A stretch of DNA of 64,000 nt from Octopus vulgaris (GCA_951406725.2 OX597832.1:21204001-21268000); one strand, 5' to 3'; counted from the stretch's first letter, positions 1 to 14,410 are shown. Notes: generated by a model from the letters alone, not told the origin. Numbers and translations are program-made.

Positions 1-12
1 GCGGCCGGCTTT

Positions 13-205
13 TATCGTCATCATCGTCACCAATGTCAGCATCATCATCATCATCATCATCAACTACAATAACATCATCATCAACATCATTGTCATCGTA
101 GTCATCATCACATTATTATTGTCATTATTATTATTGTTGTTGTTGTTGTTGTTGTTGTTATTATTATTATTATTATTATTATCATCATCATCATCATCAT
201 CATTC
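13..205. repeat. Compound trinucleotide microsatellite (CAT)n/(GTT)n/(ATT)n
   Basis: Direct reading of the tandem units. Confidence 0.9.
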
Positions 206-635
206 TTATTCACAGACCAATTTCTCATTTTTCGCTACGTCTATTCGTTTGAGTTTGCTTGATCTGTCTGTTTGTCTGTCTGCCTGTTTTTCTGTCTGTC
301 TGTCTGTCTTTCCACCTGTCTGTCTGCATGTCTATCCGGATGTGTGTATGTATGTATGTATGTATGTATACGTTAAGTGTTTATGTCTGCATGCGTTTAC
401 GTGCGTGCGTAACGTCTGTGTCAACGTTTTCAAGTACATCAACAACCGACTTTATTACCCACCATCATCAACATCATCATCATCAATGTCGCCATCATCA
501 TCACCACCACCAATACCAACAACAACAATAACAACAACAACAACGACAACAACAACAACAGGGCTACAGGATTTCACATTCATCCAACTCTGCGTCTTCT
601 CTGCGTAATCCTTGTTTGCCTACCTGCCTGCCTTT

Positions 636-716
636 CAATCTATCTATCTAGATATTTAGATAGATAGATAGATAGATAATTATCTATCTATTTGTCTATC
701 CATCTATCTATCTATG

Positions 717-772
<56 letters not shown>

Positions 773-1535
773 GTGTGTGTACGTGTGTGTGTGTGCGTGT
801 GTGTATGTAATTTTCTATCTACCTATTTATTTATCTATCAAGTCATCTTTCTATCTATTTATCCATCCATTCATCTATCTATCTATCTATCTATCTATCT
901 ATTTATCCATCCATTCATCTATCTATCTATCTATCTATTTACACACACACACACACACACACACACTCACGCACATTTATTATGCGTGTGGTGAGGTAGT
1001 TACGCTGTATGTGCTTATCTGTGTCGTTGTCTGCGAGTTTATCGGAACGTCTATATATGCTTTCACTTCTGCTATGAGTCCTTCGCATCGACGTATACGA
1101 GTACGCGTATGTACATGTATGTGTTTGTATGTGTTTGTGCGTTTATGTGCGTGCATGTATATGTATGTAATTGTGTGTTTGTGTGTGTGTGTGTTTGTAT
1201 GTTTTTGTACGTTTGCGTGTGTTTCTGTTTTGTATGTACTTGTGCGTGTGTGTGTGTGTGTGTGTTTGGGTGTGCATGCACGCTTGTGTGTGCATGCATG
1301 CGTGTGTATGTGCGTGTGAATAAATGTTTGTGCGTTTGTGTGTGTGTGTGTGTATATGTATGTGCGTGTATGTATCTGTATGTTTGTATGTGTTTATATG
1401 TGCTTGTGTATGCATGTGCGTGTGTATGTATGAGTGTGTGTGTGTGTCATCGATCACTGGGTCCATATATCTTTCTAAATGGCTCAGCTACTCTCTCTCT
1501 CTCTCTATCTATCTCTCTCTCTCTCACACACAAAC
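636..1535. repeat. Compound microsatellite / low-complexity field (ATCT, TA, TG, CA, CT)
   Basis: Direct reading. Source of the CVCV/HTHT/IYLS pseudo-ORFs. Similar fields recur throughout the window. Confidence 0.9.
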
Positions 1536-1669
1536 GCAGTAGAAGAGGGCGCAATAACATTATTTAGAAGAGCGCACTTCTTTCCTTGAGGGGTGTACGT
1601 GCCCCTAGGCACCTCCCATACCTTGCATATATATATATATATATATACCCACACTCTTTTAAACTTAAA

Positions 1670-1849
1670 TTGTTTCAGTCATTTGACTGTGGCCATGTTG
1701 GAGCACCGCCTTTTAGTCGAGCAAATCGACCCCAGGACTTATTCTATCGGTGTCGTTTGCCGAACCGCTAAGTTACGGGGACGTAAACACACCAGCATCA
1801 GTTGTCAAGCGATGTTGGTGGGGGGACAAACACAGACATATATACACAG

Positions 1850-1928
<79 letters not shown>

Positions 1929-2090
1929 CGACAATATTCTTTCAGTTTCCGTCTACCAAATCCACTCACAAAGCTTTCGTCAGCCCGAGAATATAGAAGA
2001 AGACACTTGCCGAAGGTGCCACGCAGTGGGACTGAACCCGGAACCATGTGGCTGGTAAGCAAGCTACCTACCACACAGCCACTCCTACGC
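1670..2090 (-). mobile_element. SINE-A, near full length (tRNA-like head, CORE-like CCTTGGGCAAGTG block, internal TA/TG microsatellite, CR1-like tail)
   Basis: Reverse complement matches the copy at 38511-38910: A-box TGGCTGTGTGG, B-box GGTTCAGTCCC, tail GGCGGTGCTCCA-CATGGCC-CAGTCAAATGACTGAAAC. Confidence 0.9.
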
Positions 2091-2119
2091 TTATATAGGG
2101 GAAAAAATTATACTCAGGT

Positions 2120-2190
2120 TACAGTGCAGCACACCTAGCTTCGTCTCGTGGCATACCAGTGTGACGCGGCACACCGGTTGCGGAGCACTG
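2120..2190 (-). mobile_element. hAT-type DNA transposon terminal fragment
   Basis: Reverse strand reads CAGTGCTCCGCAACCGGTGTGCCGCGTCACACTGGTATGCC, resembling hAT ends (CAGTG...CAACC plus GTGTGCCGCG subterminal motifs). Partner end not found. Confidence 0.5.
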
Positions 2191-2370
2191 GTATAGAACA
2201 CCGCCTAAATGAATACGTCCCAAAAGAAGACAAAGAATGCGTAAAGAACTTTTTTCCATGGGACTCTACGGAATTGCTCTTCGCACACACACACACAAAC
2301 ACACACACACACTTACACACACACACACACTTACACACACAGACACACACATAGATATATACACATATGT

Positions 2371-2499
2371 AACCAACCACATAGTTCCGGGTTCAGTCCC
2401 ACTGCGTGGCACCTTGGGCAAGTGTCTTCTACTATAGCCTCGGGACCGACCAATGCCTTGTGATTGGATTTGGTAGACGGAAACTGAAAGAAACTCATC

Positions 2500-2549
<50 letters not shown>

Positions 2550-2757
2550 TTGTGTGTGTGTTTGTCTCCCCCTAGCATCGCTTGACAACCGATGCTGGTG
2601 TGTTTACGTCCCCGTAACTTAGCGGTTCGGCAAAAGGGACCGATAGAATAAGTACTGGGCTTACAAAAGAATAAGTGCCGAGGTCGAGTTGCTCGATTAA
2701 AGGGGTGCTCCAGCATGGCCGCAGTCAGATGACTGAAACAAGTAAAGAGTTAAGAGT
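2371..2757 (+). mobile_element. SINE-A, 5' truncated
   Basis: Same body, internal microsatellite and tail as the other SINE-A copies. Confidence 0.9.
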
Positions 2758-2796
2758 TGAGATATATATATATATATAAATATATATATATATGTG

Positions 2797-2884
<88 letters not shown>

Positions 2885-3398
2885 CATAAACGAAGAATTC
2901 GCAGAGTAATAAAAAGAACTAATAGAAGAGGTGAAAAGATAATGGCGCTGATTTGGGTAGGAGATGGACACCAATATTTGAATGACAGACTGCAAAGGCA
3001 AACCACAGTTGCTTCTAATCTAGTAATGTGCAACTAACTTGAATAAGCATTTTTCAAACTTTTTATCTTCTGGCGAACCCGTTTGATATGTCTAGCAGTG
3101 TTTTGTGTACCCTTTGTAAACAATGAATTGTATAACGGTTAGATATCATAAAACGAGTAATTGTGGGTACAATTTTATGGAGACTATAAAACAGATAATG
3201 GATAATTTGTTATTATGTTATATTATATTATATTACATTATATTATGTAATAGAATTATGTTATTATTTGTTAGTAATTACATTTGGAAATTAAGCCTCA
3301 CAAGCAACATATTTCATGAAGTTTATACACATACACACATACACACACATATATATATATATACATACATACACACACATAGACACATACATATCTAT

Positions 3399-3484
<86 letters not shown>

Positions 3485-3561
3485 TAGACAGACAGACAGA
3501 AAGATTAACAGATAGATAGATAGATAGATAGATAGATATACATATACATATGTATATATAT

Positions 3562-3612
<51 letters not shown>

Positions 3613-3699
3613 TCACATGCATACATATATACATATTTATCACACACAATATTTAGGAAATCTGAAAAGTAGTTGTCTGTGACTACTTCAAAATTCCAG

Positions 3700-3803
3700 T
3701 CTCCTTACAAATCTCGCGTACCCTCGGAATTCCTCTCTGCGTACCCTGGTAATTGCTATCTGCGTACCCTTAACGGTACGCATAACCCGGTTCGAGGACC
3801 CCT
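3700..3803 (-). mobile_element. Possible hAT MITE terminus with repeated GCGTACCC subterminal motifs
   Basis: Three GCGTACCC motifs and a reverse-strand end GAGGGGTCCTCGAACC (like CAGGGGTTCTCAACC). A candidate left end lies near 3046 (GCATTTTTCAAACTTTTT). Confidence 0.4.
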
Positions 3804-4116
3804 CATGAAAAAGATATGGGTAGTGGAGGAGAGTGGGCGAGTTCACCGGTAAAACATAAAACGTAGTCACGTGTATCTTCGCACCTACCCGTTGTAACTA
3901 AAACGTAACAGATGTCACTGAGTTACCGTGAAATCAAAACCAAAATTCCAGCCGAGGTCAAGTCTCCTTTGGGGGTCTTTTTTTTCCATGTCTTTTTAGA
4001 TTTTGTATATAGCAGAGAAGTCCATCTATTGTGGTCAGCGCAATCTGGATTACATCTCAAAATATCTGACTCTGTGATTATTTTATTGTTTTTTTTTAAT
4101 ATTTTTTGTTTCTTTT

Positions 4117-4342
4117 ACTTGTGACGGTCATCTGACTGCAGCCGTGCTTGAGCTTCATCTTTAATCGAACGAATCGATCCCAGGACATGTTTCTCGCAAG
4201 CCTAGTACTTATTTTATCGGTCACTTTGCTGAACCAATAAGGTACGAGGACGTAAACACACCAGCATCAGTTGACAAACGATGGTGTGGCGGAGGTACAA
4301 ACACAGGTACACAAGCATATACATACACACACACACACACAG

Positions 4343-4408
<66 letters not shown>

Positions 4409-4538
4409 GACGGGCTTCTTTCAGTTTCCGTCAAACAAATCCATTCACAAGGCTTTGGTCAACCCAAGGCGATAGTAGAAGACACTTGCCCAAGCTGCCA
4501 CGCAGTGGGACTGAACCCGGAACCATGTGGTTGGTAAG
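4117..4538 (-). mobile_element. SINE-A, head truncated at the junction with a LINE fragment
   Basis: SINE-A body and tail. Sequence switches to LINE coding sequence at about 4539. Confidence 0.85.
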
Positions 4539-5200
4539 AAAGAAAGTCTAAGTGCAGAATCTGTGGACAAACGGTGAAATCGTATGGCATATTACCAGCC
4601 AATGTACGCCACAAGCCCAGAAGGAATATAAGAGACGCCACGATAATATACCTAGAATTGTCCTTCGGACACTTTGCAACAGGTATGGACTTGACAGAGT
4701 AAAAATTGGTACGACCACAAACATGAAGGCATCGTCGAAAATAGAAATGCAAAGATCCTATGGGATTTTATGATTCAGTGCGATCATGAAATAGAGAATA
4801 GGAAGCCAGGCACAGTCTTAATTGAGAAAGAAAACAAACTATGCTGGCTTATAGACATAGCATGCCCAGCTGACAACAAGGTAAGCGATAAAGAAGAAAG
4901 AAAAGTCGTGCGATATGACAGGTTAGCTTGGGAAGTTAAGCAGTTTGTGGTTGATGAAAAAGGTAGCAGCAATACCAATAACTGTCGGAGCCCTGGGAAC
5001 AGTGAGTAAAAATTTTAAAAAGTATATAGAACAAATAGGGGTTGCAATAGGGTGGAGCACTTGCAGAAAACAGCACTGCTTGGAACCGCTCGAATACTCC
5101 GGAAGGTGCTCGAAAAATAAGAGGTGTTACCTTAGTTCACTGGTAGTGAACAGCTGACACTGTAGTACATCTCCAGCGTTAGAAGCTATGCAAAGGCAAT
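4539..5200 (+). mobile_element. R4/Dong-like non-LTR retrotransposon 3' fragment (CCHC knuckle plus restriction-like endonuclease), frameshifted
   Basis: Across frames: KCRICGQ..E.VWHITSQC..AQKEYKRRHD; ILWDFMIQCDHEIENRKP..VLIEK..CWLIDIACP..KEERKVVRY; IPITVGALG; LQKTALLGTARILRKVL, stop at 5120, short UTR, then (TAA)n. Confidence 0.88.
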
Positions 5201-5647
<447 letters not shown>

Positions 5648-5649
<2 letters not shown>

Positions 5650-5845
5650 GGTGGCGAGCTGGCAGAACCGTTAGTAAGACGGGCGCAAAGCTAAGCGGCA
5701 TTTTGTCCGTCTGCATACTCTGAGTTCAAATTCCTCCCAGGTCACATTTACCTTTCATCCTTTCGGGGGTTGGGATCGATGTAATCGACGAATCCCCTAC
5801 CCCGACCGAACCTGCTGGTCTTGTGCCAAATTTCAAAACCATTTC
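5648..5845 (+). mobile_element. SINE-B (older tail type ending GTCTTGTGCCAAATTT)
   Basis: Head AAGGTGGCGAGCTGGCAGAA, B-box GAGTTCAAATTCC, CCTTTCATCCTTTCGGGG core. Confidence 0.85.
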
Positions 5846-6459
5846 TGTAATTATTATTATTAACTATTATGAATGTTGTTGTAATAGATTGTCGCTATGG
5901 TGGCTTAGATTTAAAAAAAAAAAAAGACAAAAAAAATCGTTAACAAGTCATTATCAATCGAGAGAATAATCTGCCAAATGACGTCACGGCAGTCTAAAAA
6001 TAAACCCCATTCAGAAACGCTGATGGTACACGTTGTAAGTCAATGTTTACAAAGTAAATATAACGGAATCAGTCTTTTATGATTTATACGTGAAAGTTCT
6101 CATTGGTTTTAGATTAAATTGATATGTAACATAAGCAAGCAAAAGACCTTTAGAATTACTGGATTGAAAAAGAGAAAGAGCCAGCGAGAAAGAGAGAGTG
6201 TATATGTGTGTATAATGTCATGAGATGAAGCATATTTGGCTTTCCATCTCTCTCTCTAAAGCGTGCACAATTTTATGTAATTCACCAATTTATATAATGT
6301 ATAAGTTTATTCCACAGCCATTTCTGCTGAGAGAGCTATTATTATTGATTAATATGCCTGGCCACCGAATTAAATGACCGCGGTTCAGTTTTTTTTTTCG
6401 TTTCATTTTGTTTTTTTGGGGTTTTTTTACGTTGCCACCGACGCAAACCGCTGTTTCGC

Positions 6460-6911
6460 TCTGTGCAAGCGTTAACCCTCGCTATGGTATACTTCTCCGC
6501 AGCGCCGTATTCAAGCATGGTCACACAGGACAGGTACCCGGGGCCCCCGCAGATCTGGGGGCCCAATCCTACTCAGTATATGCAGTAGTTTGCTGTCAAT
6601 AAATACATACTATCAAGCGAAATGTTTAGAGTATTTCGTCTGCCGTTACGTTCTGAGTTCAAATTCCGCCGATGTCGACTTGCCTTTCATCCATTCGTGG
6701 TCGATAAATCAAGTACCAGTTGAGTACTGGGGTCGATGTAATCCACAAGTTTCACTCTGTGCAGCGTTAACCCTCGCTATGTATACTTCTCCTCAAGCAT
6801 GTATACTTCTCTTCAAGCATGGTCAAACAGGGCAGCTACCTGGGGCCCCAGCAGATCAGTCCTACTAAGTATATGCTGTGGTTTGCTGTCAATAAATTTA
6901 TACTATCAAGC
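6460..6911 (+). repeat. About 155-bp diverged direct repeat (6460-6618, 6756-6911) separated by a SINE-B fragment; GGGGCCC-rich, MITE-like
   Basis: Both units contain GCGTTAACCCTCGCTATG...TTCAAGCATGGTCA...GGGGCCCC...GTTTGCTGTCAATAAAT..ATACTATCAAGC. Confidence 0.75.
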
Positions 6912-6997
6912 CCAGTGGATTGGGTTGTCCGGGAGCCTATAGTGCTGCTAAAATGGACCCGGTTCAACATAACCAAAAGTCTTTACTATTATTATTC

Positions 6998-7680
6998 AGG
7001 TGGCGTGCTGGTAGAATCGTTAGCACACCGGGCGAAATGTTTAGTAGTATTTCGGCTGCCGTTACGTTCTGAGTTCAAATTCTGCCGAGGTCGACTTGCC
7101 TGTCATCCTTTCGGGGTCGATAAATCAAGTAACAGTTGAGTACTGGGGTCGATGTAATCGACTAGTACCCCTCCCCACAAGTTTTAGGCCGTATGCCTTT
7201 AGTAGAAAGGATTATTATTGTTATTTCTAAAGTGGTGAGCTTGGCAGAATCGTTAGCACACTGAGTAAAATACTTTGTCTACCGCTATGTTCTGAGTTCA
7301 AATTCCGCCGAGGTCGACTTTGCCTTTCATCCTTTCGGGGTCGATTAAATAAGTACCAGTTACACACGGGGGTCGATATAATCGACTTAATCCGTTTGTC
7401 TGTCCTTGTTTGTCTTCTCTGTGTTTAGCCCCTTGTGGGTAGTAAAGAAATAGGTATTTCGTCTGCCGCTACGTTCTGAGTTCAAATTCTGCCGAGGTCG
7501 ACTTTGCCTTTCATCCTTTCGGAGTCGATAAAGTACCAGTGAAACACTGGGATCGATGAAATCGATTGTTCCCCTCCTCCGATTTTCAGGCCTAAAGGAT
7601 TATTATTATTATTATTGTTATTATCATTATTACTAAGGCGGTGATGTAGCAGAATTGTCTGCAGAATCGTTAGCTGGCTA
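6998..7680 (+). mobile_element. SINE-B cluster (monomer, dimer, head fragment)
   Basis: Repeated GTTCTGAGTTCAAATTC(C/T)GCCGAGGTCGAC units linked by (ATT)n. Dimer junction at about 7452. Confidence 0.9.
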
Positions 7681-7754
7681 CCTGGAGTCTATGGCGTATA
7701 AGCGGTCTATATAAAAATATTCCCCAGACCAAGATGCCAGTTCGTTGCAGGATT

Positions 7755-8034
7755 CGAGGCCAACAATTTTGGTAGGAGAGAAACAAATCGATTACATTAA
7801 CCCCAGTATTTGACTGGTACTTTATCTTATTGAATCTAAAGGGAAGAAAAGGCAGAATTGAGCGAGGCCGGAAGTGAACTCAGAACGTAAAAAGCCGGAA
7901 GAGATGTTCTTAAGCATTTTGTCCGACGCACTAATGATTTTGCAAGCTGTCCACCTAAAGATAGACGAAAACGTGCTAACGTTTCTACCAGCTCGCCGCC
8001 TTAATACTACTACTACTACTACTGGTACTACTAC

Positions 8035-8065
<31 letters not shown>

Positions 8066-9025
8066 AAGAAGAAGAAGAAGAAGAAGAAGAAGAAGAAGAA
8101 GAAGAAGAAGAGTGCTTCGTGTACCCATATCAGACTGGTAGTCATGATGGGTATTCTGGGCTTCGTGTATTTTACCCCAGTGTCACTTTGATGGCATGCA
8201 CTGCTCTCTCACTCAATAATAATGATGATGATGATGAAGGTTTCACATTTTGGCACAATACCTATTTCTTTACTACCCACAAGTGGCTAAACACAGAGGG
8301 GACAAACAAGGACAGACAAATGCATTAGTCGATTACATCGACCCCAGTGCATAACTGGTACTTAATTTATCGACCCCGAAAGGATGAAAGGCAAAGTCGA
8401 CCTCGGCGGAATTTGAACTCAGAACGTAAGGGCAGACGAAATACGGCTACGCATTTCGCCCGGCGTGCTAACGTTTCTGTCAGCTCGCCGCCTTACCAAC
8501 AATTTCGGGGTTGTGGTTAAGTTGATTATATCAGCCCCAGTACCTCAGCTAGTACTTATTTTATTGACCCCGAAAGAATGAAAATCAAAGTCACTCTCAG
8601 CAGATTTGAACTCAGGACATAAAGACGGACGAAATACCGTTAAGTATTTTCATCCGTCACTGCCTTAACAATACTGGTTTCAAATTTTGGCACAGGGCCA
8701 GCAGTTTCGGGGGAGGGTTTAGATTATCGACCTGGAAAGGACGAAAGGCAAAGTCGATCCCGGCCGGATTTGAACTGAGAACGTACAGTCGAAAGAAACG
8801 ACTAAGTTCTTTGTCCTATGCGCCAGCGATTCTGACAGTTCGCCGCCTCAACATGCATAAGAATAACGGTTTCAAATTTTGGCACAGAGTTAGAAACAGT
8901 GTGGATCGATTCCATTGACCCTAATGCTTAACTGATACTGATTTCATCTACCCCAGAACGATGAAAGTTTAAGACCACCACGGCGTGATTTGAACCCAGA
9001 AACGGAGAGAGCCAGAAATGCCAAC
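7755..9025 (-). mobile_element. SINE-B cluster, about 5 copies including a nested young copy at 8259-8495; interrupted by (ACT)n(AAG)n at 8004-8110
   Basis: Repeated GAAAGGATGAAAGGCAAAGTCGACCTCGGCGGAATTTGAACTCAG-like units on the + strand. Confidence 0.85.
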
Positions 9026-9324
9026 AACAGCAAGAACAACGAGTCTTCGTAGTTCAATACTTTATTCATATCTAATCAGTCATTCTGTTCTTTACCTGAT
9101 CGATGTAGATTTGATAATTTTATAAAAATGACTCGAGAGAAAATCTTATCAATTGATCTTTTGTTTAAGTTGATAGACAAGTATAGGAACCAAAATCTTA
9201 CCTAATCTCCTCTGGAGGAATAATTATCGCCAGCTGGTTTCCATTCAAGTGAATCTCATTGAAAATTCTATACAGATAACGTTATGTAAATTATTTAAGA
9301 CAAAATGTCACTGAGGTAGTTTAC

Positions 9325-9361
<37 letters not shown>

Positions 9362-9565
9362 GAGGCGGCGAGCTAGTAGAATCGTCATAACTGTGGAAGA
9401 AATGTTTTTGTGGTATTTCGTCAGTCTTTACGTTCTGGATTCAAACGCCGACGTCGACTATGCATTTCTTCCTTCGGGGTCGATAAAGTAAGTATCAGTT
9501 GGTCACTGGAGTCGATTTCATTGACCAATATCCCTCTGCTAAAAGTGTTGGCCTTGTGCCAAAAA

Positions 9566-9567
<2 letters not shown>
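9362..9567 (+). mobile_element. SINE-B flanked on both sides by (ATT)n
   Basis: Head GAGGCGGCGAGCTAGTAGAATCG, tail GGCCTTGTGCCAAAA. Confidence 0.85.
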
Positions 9568-9613
<46 letters not shown>

Positions 9614-9636
9614 CATCATTATTATTATTGTTGTTG

Positions 9637-9695
<59 letters not shown>

Positions 9696-10124
9696 TGTAA
9701 TTCTAAGAGTGTGTCGCAACAAATTAAACACGAGGGAAGCTCTATGCCGCAAGTTTCCAGTCTGAAGTCCTTGGAACCCTATGTGGTCCACCAAGGTGTT
9801 ATACTTGTCTGAATTTGTTAGGTAAGTCACGCTTGAATAATTTGGAGACTGTGAAGAAACTTGCTTTCAAAACAGATTCCTGGTAGTAAATAAGAGAAGT
9901 GATGAGATTCGCTGTCAACGTGGTTACAAATTTAGCTAGAAATAGCAGCAAATCCATCTGAAGTCCATACTCACTTTTTCATTAAGCAAGAGATGATATA
10001 TTAAATAATGTAGCTCTAGAGAGACGTAGATAGGTGTAAAACAGAAGAATATACAGACACACTCGCACTGGTACACGCACATGGGCAAAAACGTAAGCAG
10101 ACACACAGAAATGCATGTGCGAGA

Positions 10125-10169
<45 letters not shown>

Positions 10170-10321
10170 CGAGAGGGAGAGCGACAGACGTAGATTGTTA
10201 TACAGATATAGATAGTCCGCAGACAAACAGACAGATAGACAGATAGACAGATATATAGACAGACAGACAGACAGACAGACAGATATATAGACAGACAAAT
10301 ATATATAGAGACGGACGGACG

Positions 10322-10435
<114 letters not shown>

Positions 10436-11035
10436 CAGACATATAGATAGACAGACAAACAGAGAGACAGACAGGCAGGCAGACAGATAAACAGACAGGC
10501 AGACAGACAGACAGACAGACAGCTCAAGAAGAAATAATGAAATATGTGGGAGAGAAAGTTAGAATACTGAAAGAAACTTAACGCAGATAAAAATGAAAAC
10601 AAAATTACCTGAAAGAAAACAAAACGAAACGCAAGAAGAAAACGTTCGATGATTTCAAATAAAGAAAATACTAATAATTCCTGGAAGAAGGCTGAAATAA
10701 ACCCTGTCATAGCTGACATCTACAGCGTTAGTTAAATAATTTTAAAATATTTTTTCTAAAAATATGTAATTTAAATGAAATTTTTAAAGCACCAATGGTA
10801 ACGCCATTGGTTAGAGAAAATGATTTAGCACGACGACCTCGGTAGTAGAGTATGTAGTGCGTCAATGCAATAATGAAATGAAAAGGCTTAAGTGAGACGA
10901 ACTAATAAATGTGTGGAGCAGTCAGTCAACTTTTCTTAAGATCATCGGTTCTAATGTCTTTGCTTCATGTTGTGAATAGAACTAAATGAACTGAGATTTA
11001 AACGTATATGTGCATTCACATTGGCATACGAACGA

Positions 11036-11804
<769 letters not shown>

Positions 11805-11938
11805 GTGATACACACAAATTCCCTGTGGCATTTAAATGCTGTATATCATTTTTATTTTTCATAATTTTACAATTTTTCTTTAAAATATTCTTAATACAGA
11901 CTCGTCACTACTTTATCGCAGAAATCGTTAATATATAC

Positions 11939-11984
<46 letters not shown>

Positions 11985-12421
11985 CATTTAAAAACTTTTC
12001 ATTGTGAAAAAGATGATGCAATATTCACAGTTCTTAACATTTTTCACAGTAATAATAATCCAGATCCATTGTCTGGACACATTTCATTCCCCTTCCTGGG
12101 GTGATCCAAGCTCTGCTAGTAGGAATAATATGGTGTTAAACCAGCTATACTTGAATCTCTGAGCCGTTAACTGTAGACCAGTATCGAAGTGGTGGGTATT
12201 AAATACATTGGGCAGATCAGTGACGGCTGTAGTGGGAAATGGAAGTGTGAGGTACATGGGGGGATAGTAAGAGGAGATGAAGAGACGTACACTAAGTGCT
12301 TCATCTCACCTCATTTAACCTTGGTTACAGCCGCTTTATACGAAAGGTAAAGGAACCATAAAGCTTTGCGGACGTTTGTGTGTGTGAGGGTATTTTAATG
12401 CTTCTATGCACACAAACACAC

Positions 12422-12499
<78 letters not shown>

Positions 12500-12501
<2 letters not shown>

Positions 12502-12972
12502 CGTTTTGGGATTTGGTTTGCAAGATTCTTTATATGAGTTCGTGTGTTGAAGCATATTCTGTTGTATCTGGGGAGAGTCATTTTCTTTTTGTGCCTTATA
12601 ATGTAACATGTTCACCGGTAAAATTTCCACTTATTTCTTATTTTTATAGTTTTATACTGTCAATCTAACGTGAACGTGACAGTAGGGGGTTACACCACCG
12701 CTGTTTAGCCCTAGGAAGCATCGACGCCTCCTGATGGCTTTGACACATTTTTCCAAAGGAGGCGTCGATGCTTCCTAGGGCTAAACAGCGGTGGTGTCAC
12801 GTTCACGTTAGGTTGACAGTATACAACCATTCTATCGCCCCACCACCATACATATCTCTATGAGAAATTTAGAAATTTAATATTTCTTATTTTTATTTTC
12901 CAGTGTAAATAATGGACAGAGTCAAGACTATTCGAAAGGTTGCAAGACGCAATGAAAATTTTAGGAAAATAT
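12500..12972. mobile_element. Dispersed repeat (probable Penelope-like terminal repeat family) interrupted by a foldback; related copies at 39630-39750 and 40875-41041
   Basis: Shared CTGTTGT(A/G)TCTG(G/T)GGAGAGTCATT...CACCGGTAAAATTTCCACTTATTTCTTATTT. Each copy adjoins (TA)n, and this copy and the 40875 copy have an inverted segment. Confidence 0.55.
12653..12823. repeat. Long inverted repeat (40-bp perfect inner arms, about 28-bp outer arms, 24-nt loop)
   Basis: 12693-12732 is the exact reverse complement of 12757-12796. 12653-12680 pairs with the region ending at 12823 with one mismatch. Confidence 0.95.
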
Positions 12973-13002
12973 ATATATATGGTGACCTAACAGTGTAAAA
13001 TT

Positions 13003-13570
13003 AACAGTTGACCTTGAAGTAACCCAGCGAAGATTCACAAAGACGATCGTCTATTTGCAACAGCTCATCTCTTTGGAACAGCTCATCTACTGGGAAAGGT
13101 TGAAACAGCTAAGACTCTACCACCTGGAGCGAAGGCGGGAGAGGTATGCAGTAATATACATCTGGAAGATCCTGGAAGAAATTGTGCCAAAGTTTGGCAT
13201 TGAAAGCTACACCAATGCCAGAACGGGTCGACACTGCACAGTGCCAAAGATCCTAGCAATACCATAGCACTTCAGGATCAGTCACTGCAACAGCCTGGGC
13301 TTAAGGGGCCCACAGCATTTTAATATTCTCCCAGAGAGCATAAGGAACCTGCCCAAGGTAGATGTAGGCGTTTTTAAATAAAGGCTGGGCCTCTTCCTGT
13401 CGAGAGTCCCAGATGAACCTATCTCACGGCAAATGAGGGTAGCTACATCAAATTCCATTCTTCGCTAAGTGCCACATATTAGAGGAGGCTCTCAGTAATA
13501 ACAGTGTAACAAAACAGCGATGCACCAGCATGGCCGCAGCTCTGAGCTGAAACCACAATGGAAAAAAAGG
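13003..13570 (+). mobile_element. CR1-like LINE 3' fragment, decayed
   Basis: YWERLKQLRLYHLERRRERYAVIYIWKILE..., homologous to 37352-38270 and ending in the same tail. Confidence 0.88.
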
Positions 13571-13582
13571 TAAAAAAATACA

Positions 13583-13902
13583 TTACTGGCACTCCGTCGG
13601 TTACGACGACGAGGGTCCCAGTTGATCCGATCAATAGAACAGCCTGTTCGTGAAATTAACGTGCAAGTGGCTGAGCACTCTTCGGACAAGTGCACCCTTT
13701 AAAGTTGTACCCAGGGTGTTACAGCATGACACATAATGGGACAAGGCTGGCCCTTTGAAATAAAGCGGCTACTTATTTTTGCCAGCTGGGTGGACCACAG
13801 TAACGTGAAATAAAGTGTCTTGCTGAACGCGTTGCCGGAAATGATACTCACAACCTTACGATTGTTAGTCGAATACCCTAAAAGCTAAGCCATGTGCCTT
13901 CA
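13583..13902 (-). mobile_element. tRNA-headed SINE (C-related head, V-SINE-like AGCAAGACACTTTATTTCAC block, tail shared with the 14835 copy)
   Basis: Reverse strand: TGAAGGCACATGGCTTAG...AGCAAGACACTTTATTTCACG...TTTCAAAGGGCCAGCCTTGTC...CCACTTGCACGTTAAT. Confidence 0.7.
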
Positions 13903-14061
13903 TCTACACACGCGCATACATACACACATACATACATATACACTAACACATACACACACCACACATACATACTTACATCCATCCATCCATCCATCCATCC
14001 ATCCATCCATACATACATACATACATACGTACATACATACATACATACATACATACATACA

Positions 14062-14410
14062 TACACGTATAAGAGTTACTTTAGACTGTCCAGCGACTTC
14101 CTACGAAGGTTGTGAAGGAAAGTATCTTCATTTAAATGACATCTTGCAGATTTTTATTGTCCCTGATTTTTTGATTATCTGTAGCGTATAAATTAAGGAC
14201 TTGCGCTCTCTTCCCCAAAACTCAGGTTCAGCTATAATCTGCTCCAGATTGGTCGGTACGTACCCTGTCGCTCCAATAATAATGGGTTTGAAACTGAAAG
14301 TGTCTCTTGGGTACTGGATTTGCAATCTCCTTATCAATAATCCATAGATGTTCTCATTTTCTTGTGTTTTCTCGTCACCATGGTGTCCAGAAGGCTGATA
14401 ATTTCCATAA
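14062..14410 (-). mobile_element. RLE-type non-LTR retrotransposon 3' fragment (family distinct from the Dong-like copies)
   Basis: EKTQENENIYGLLIRRLQIQYP..FSFKPIIIGATGYVP..L...LQ....GTIKICKMSF resembles the RLE C-terminus (K..Y..L...P(I/V)xxGAxG). Confidence 0.65.

Noticed and set aside
6998-9025. SINE-B arrays as a CRISPR-like repeat-spacer system
   Set aside because: Units are about 180-230 bp retroposon copies in both orientations with Pol III boxes, and TSDs are visible on copies elsewhere in the window.
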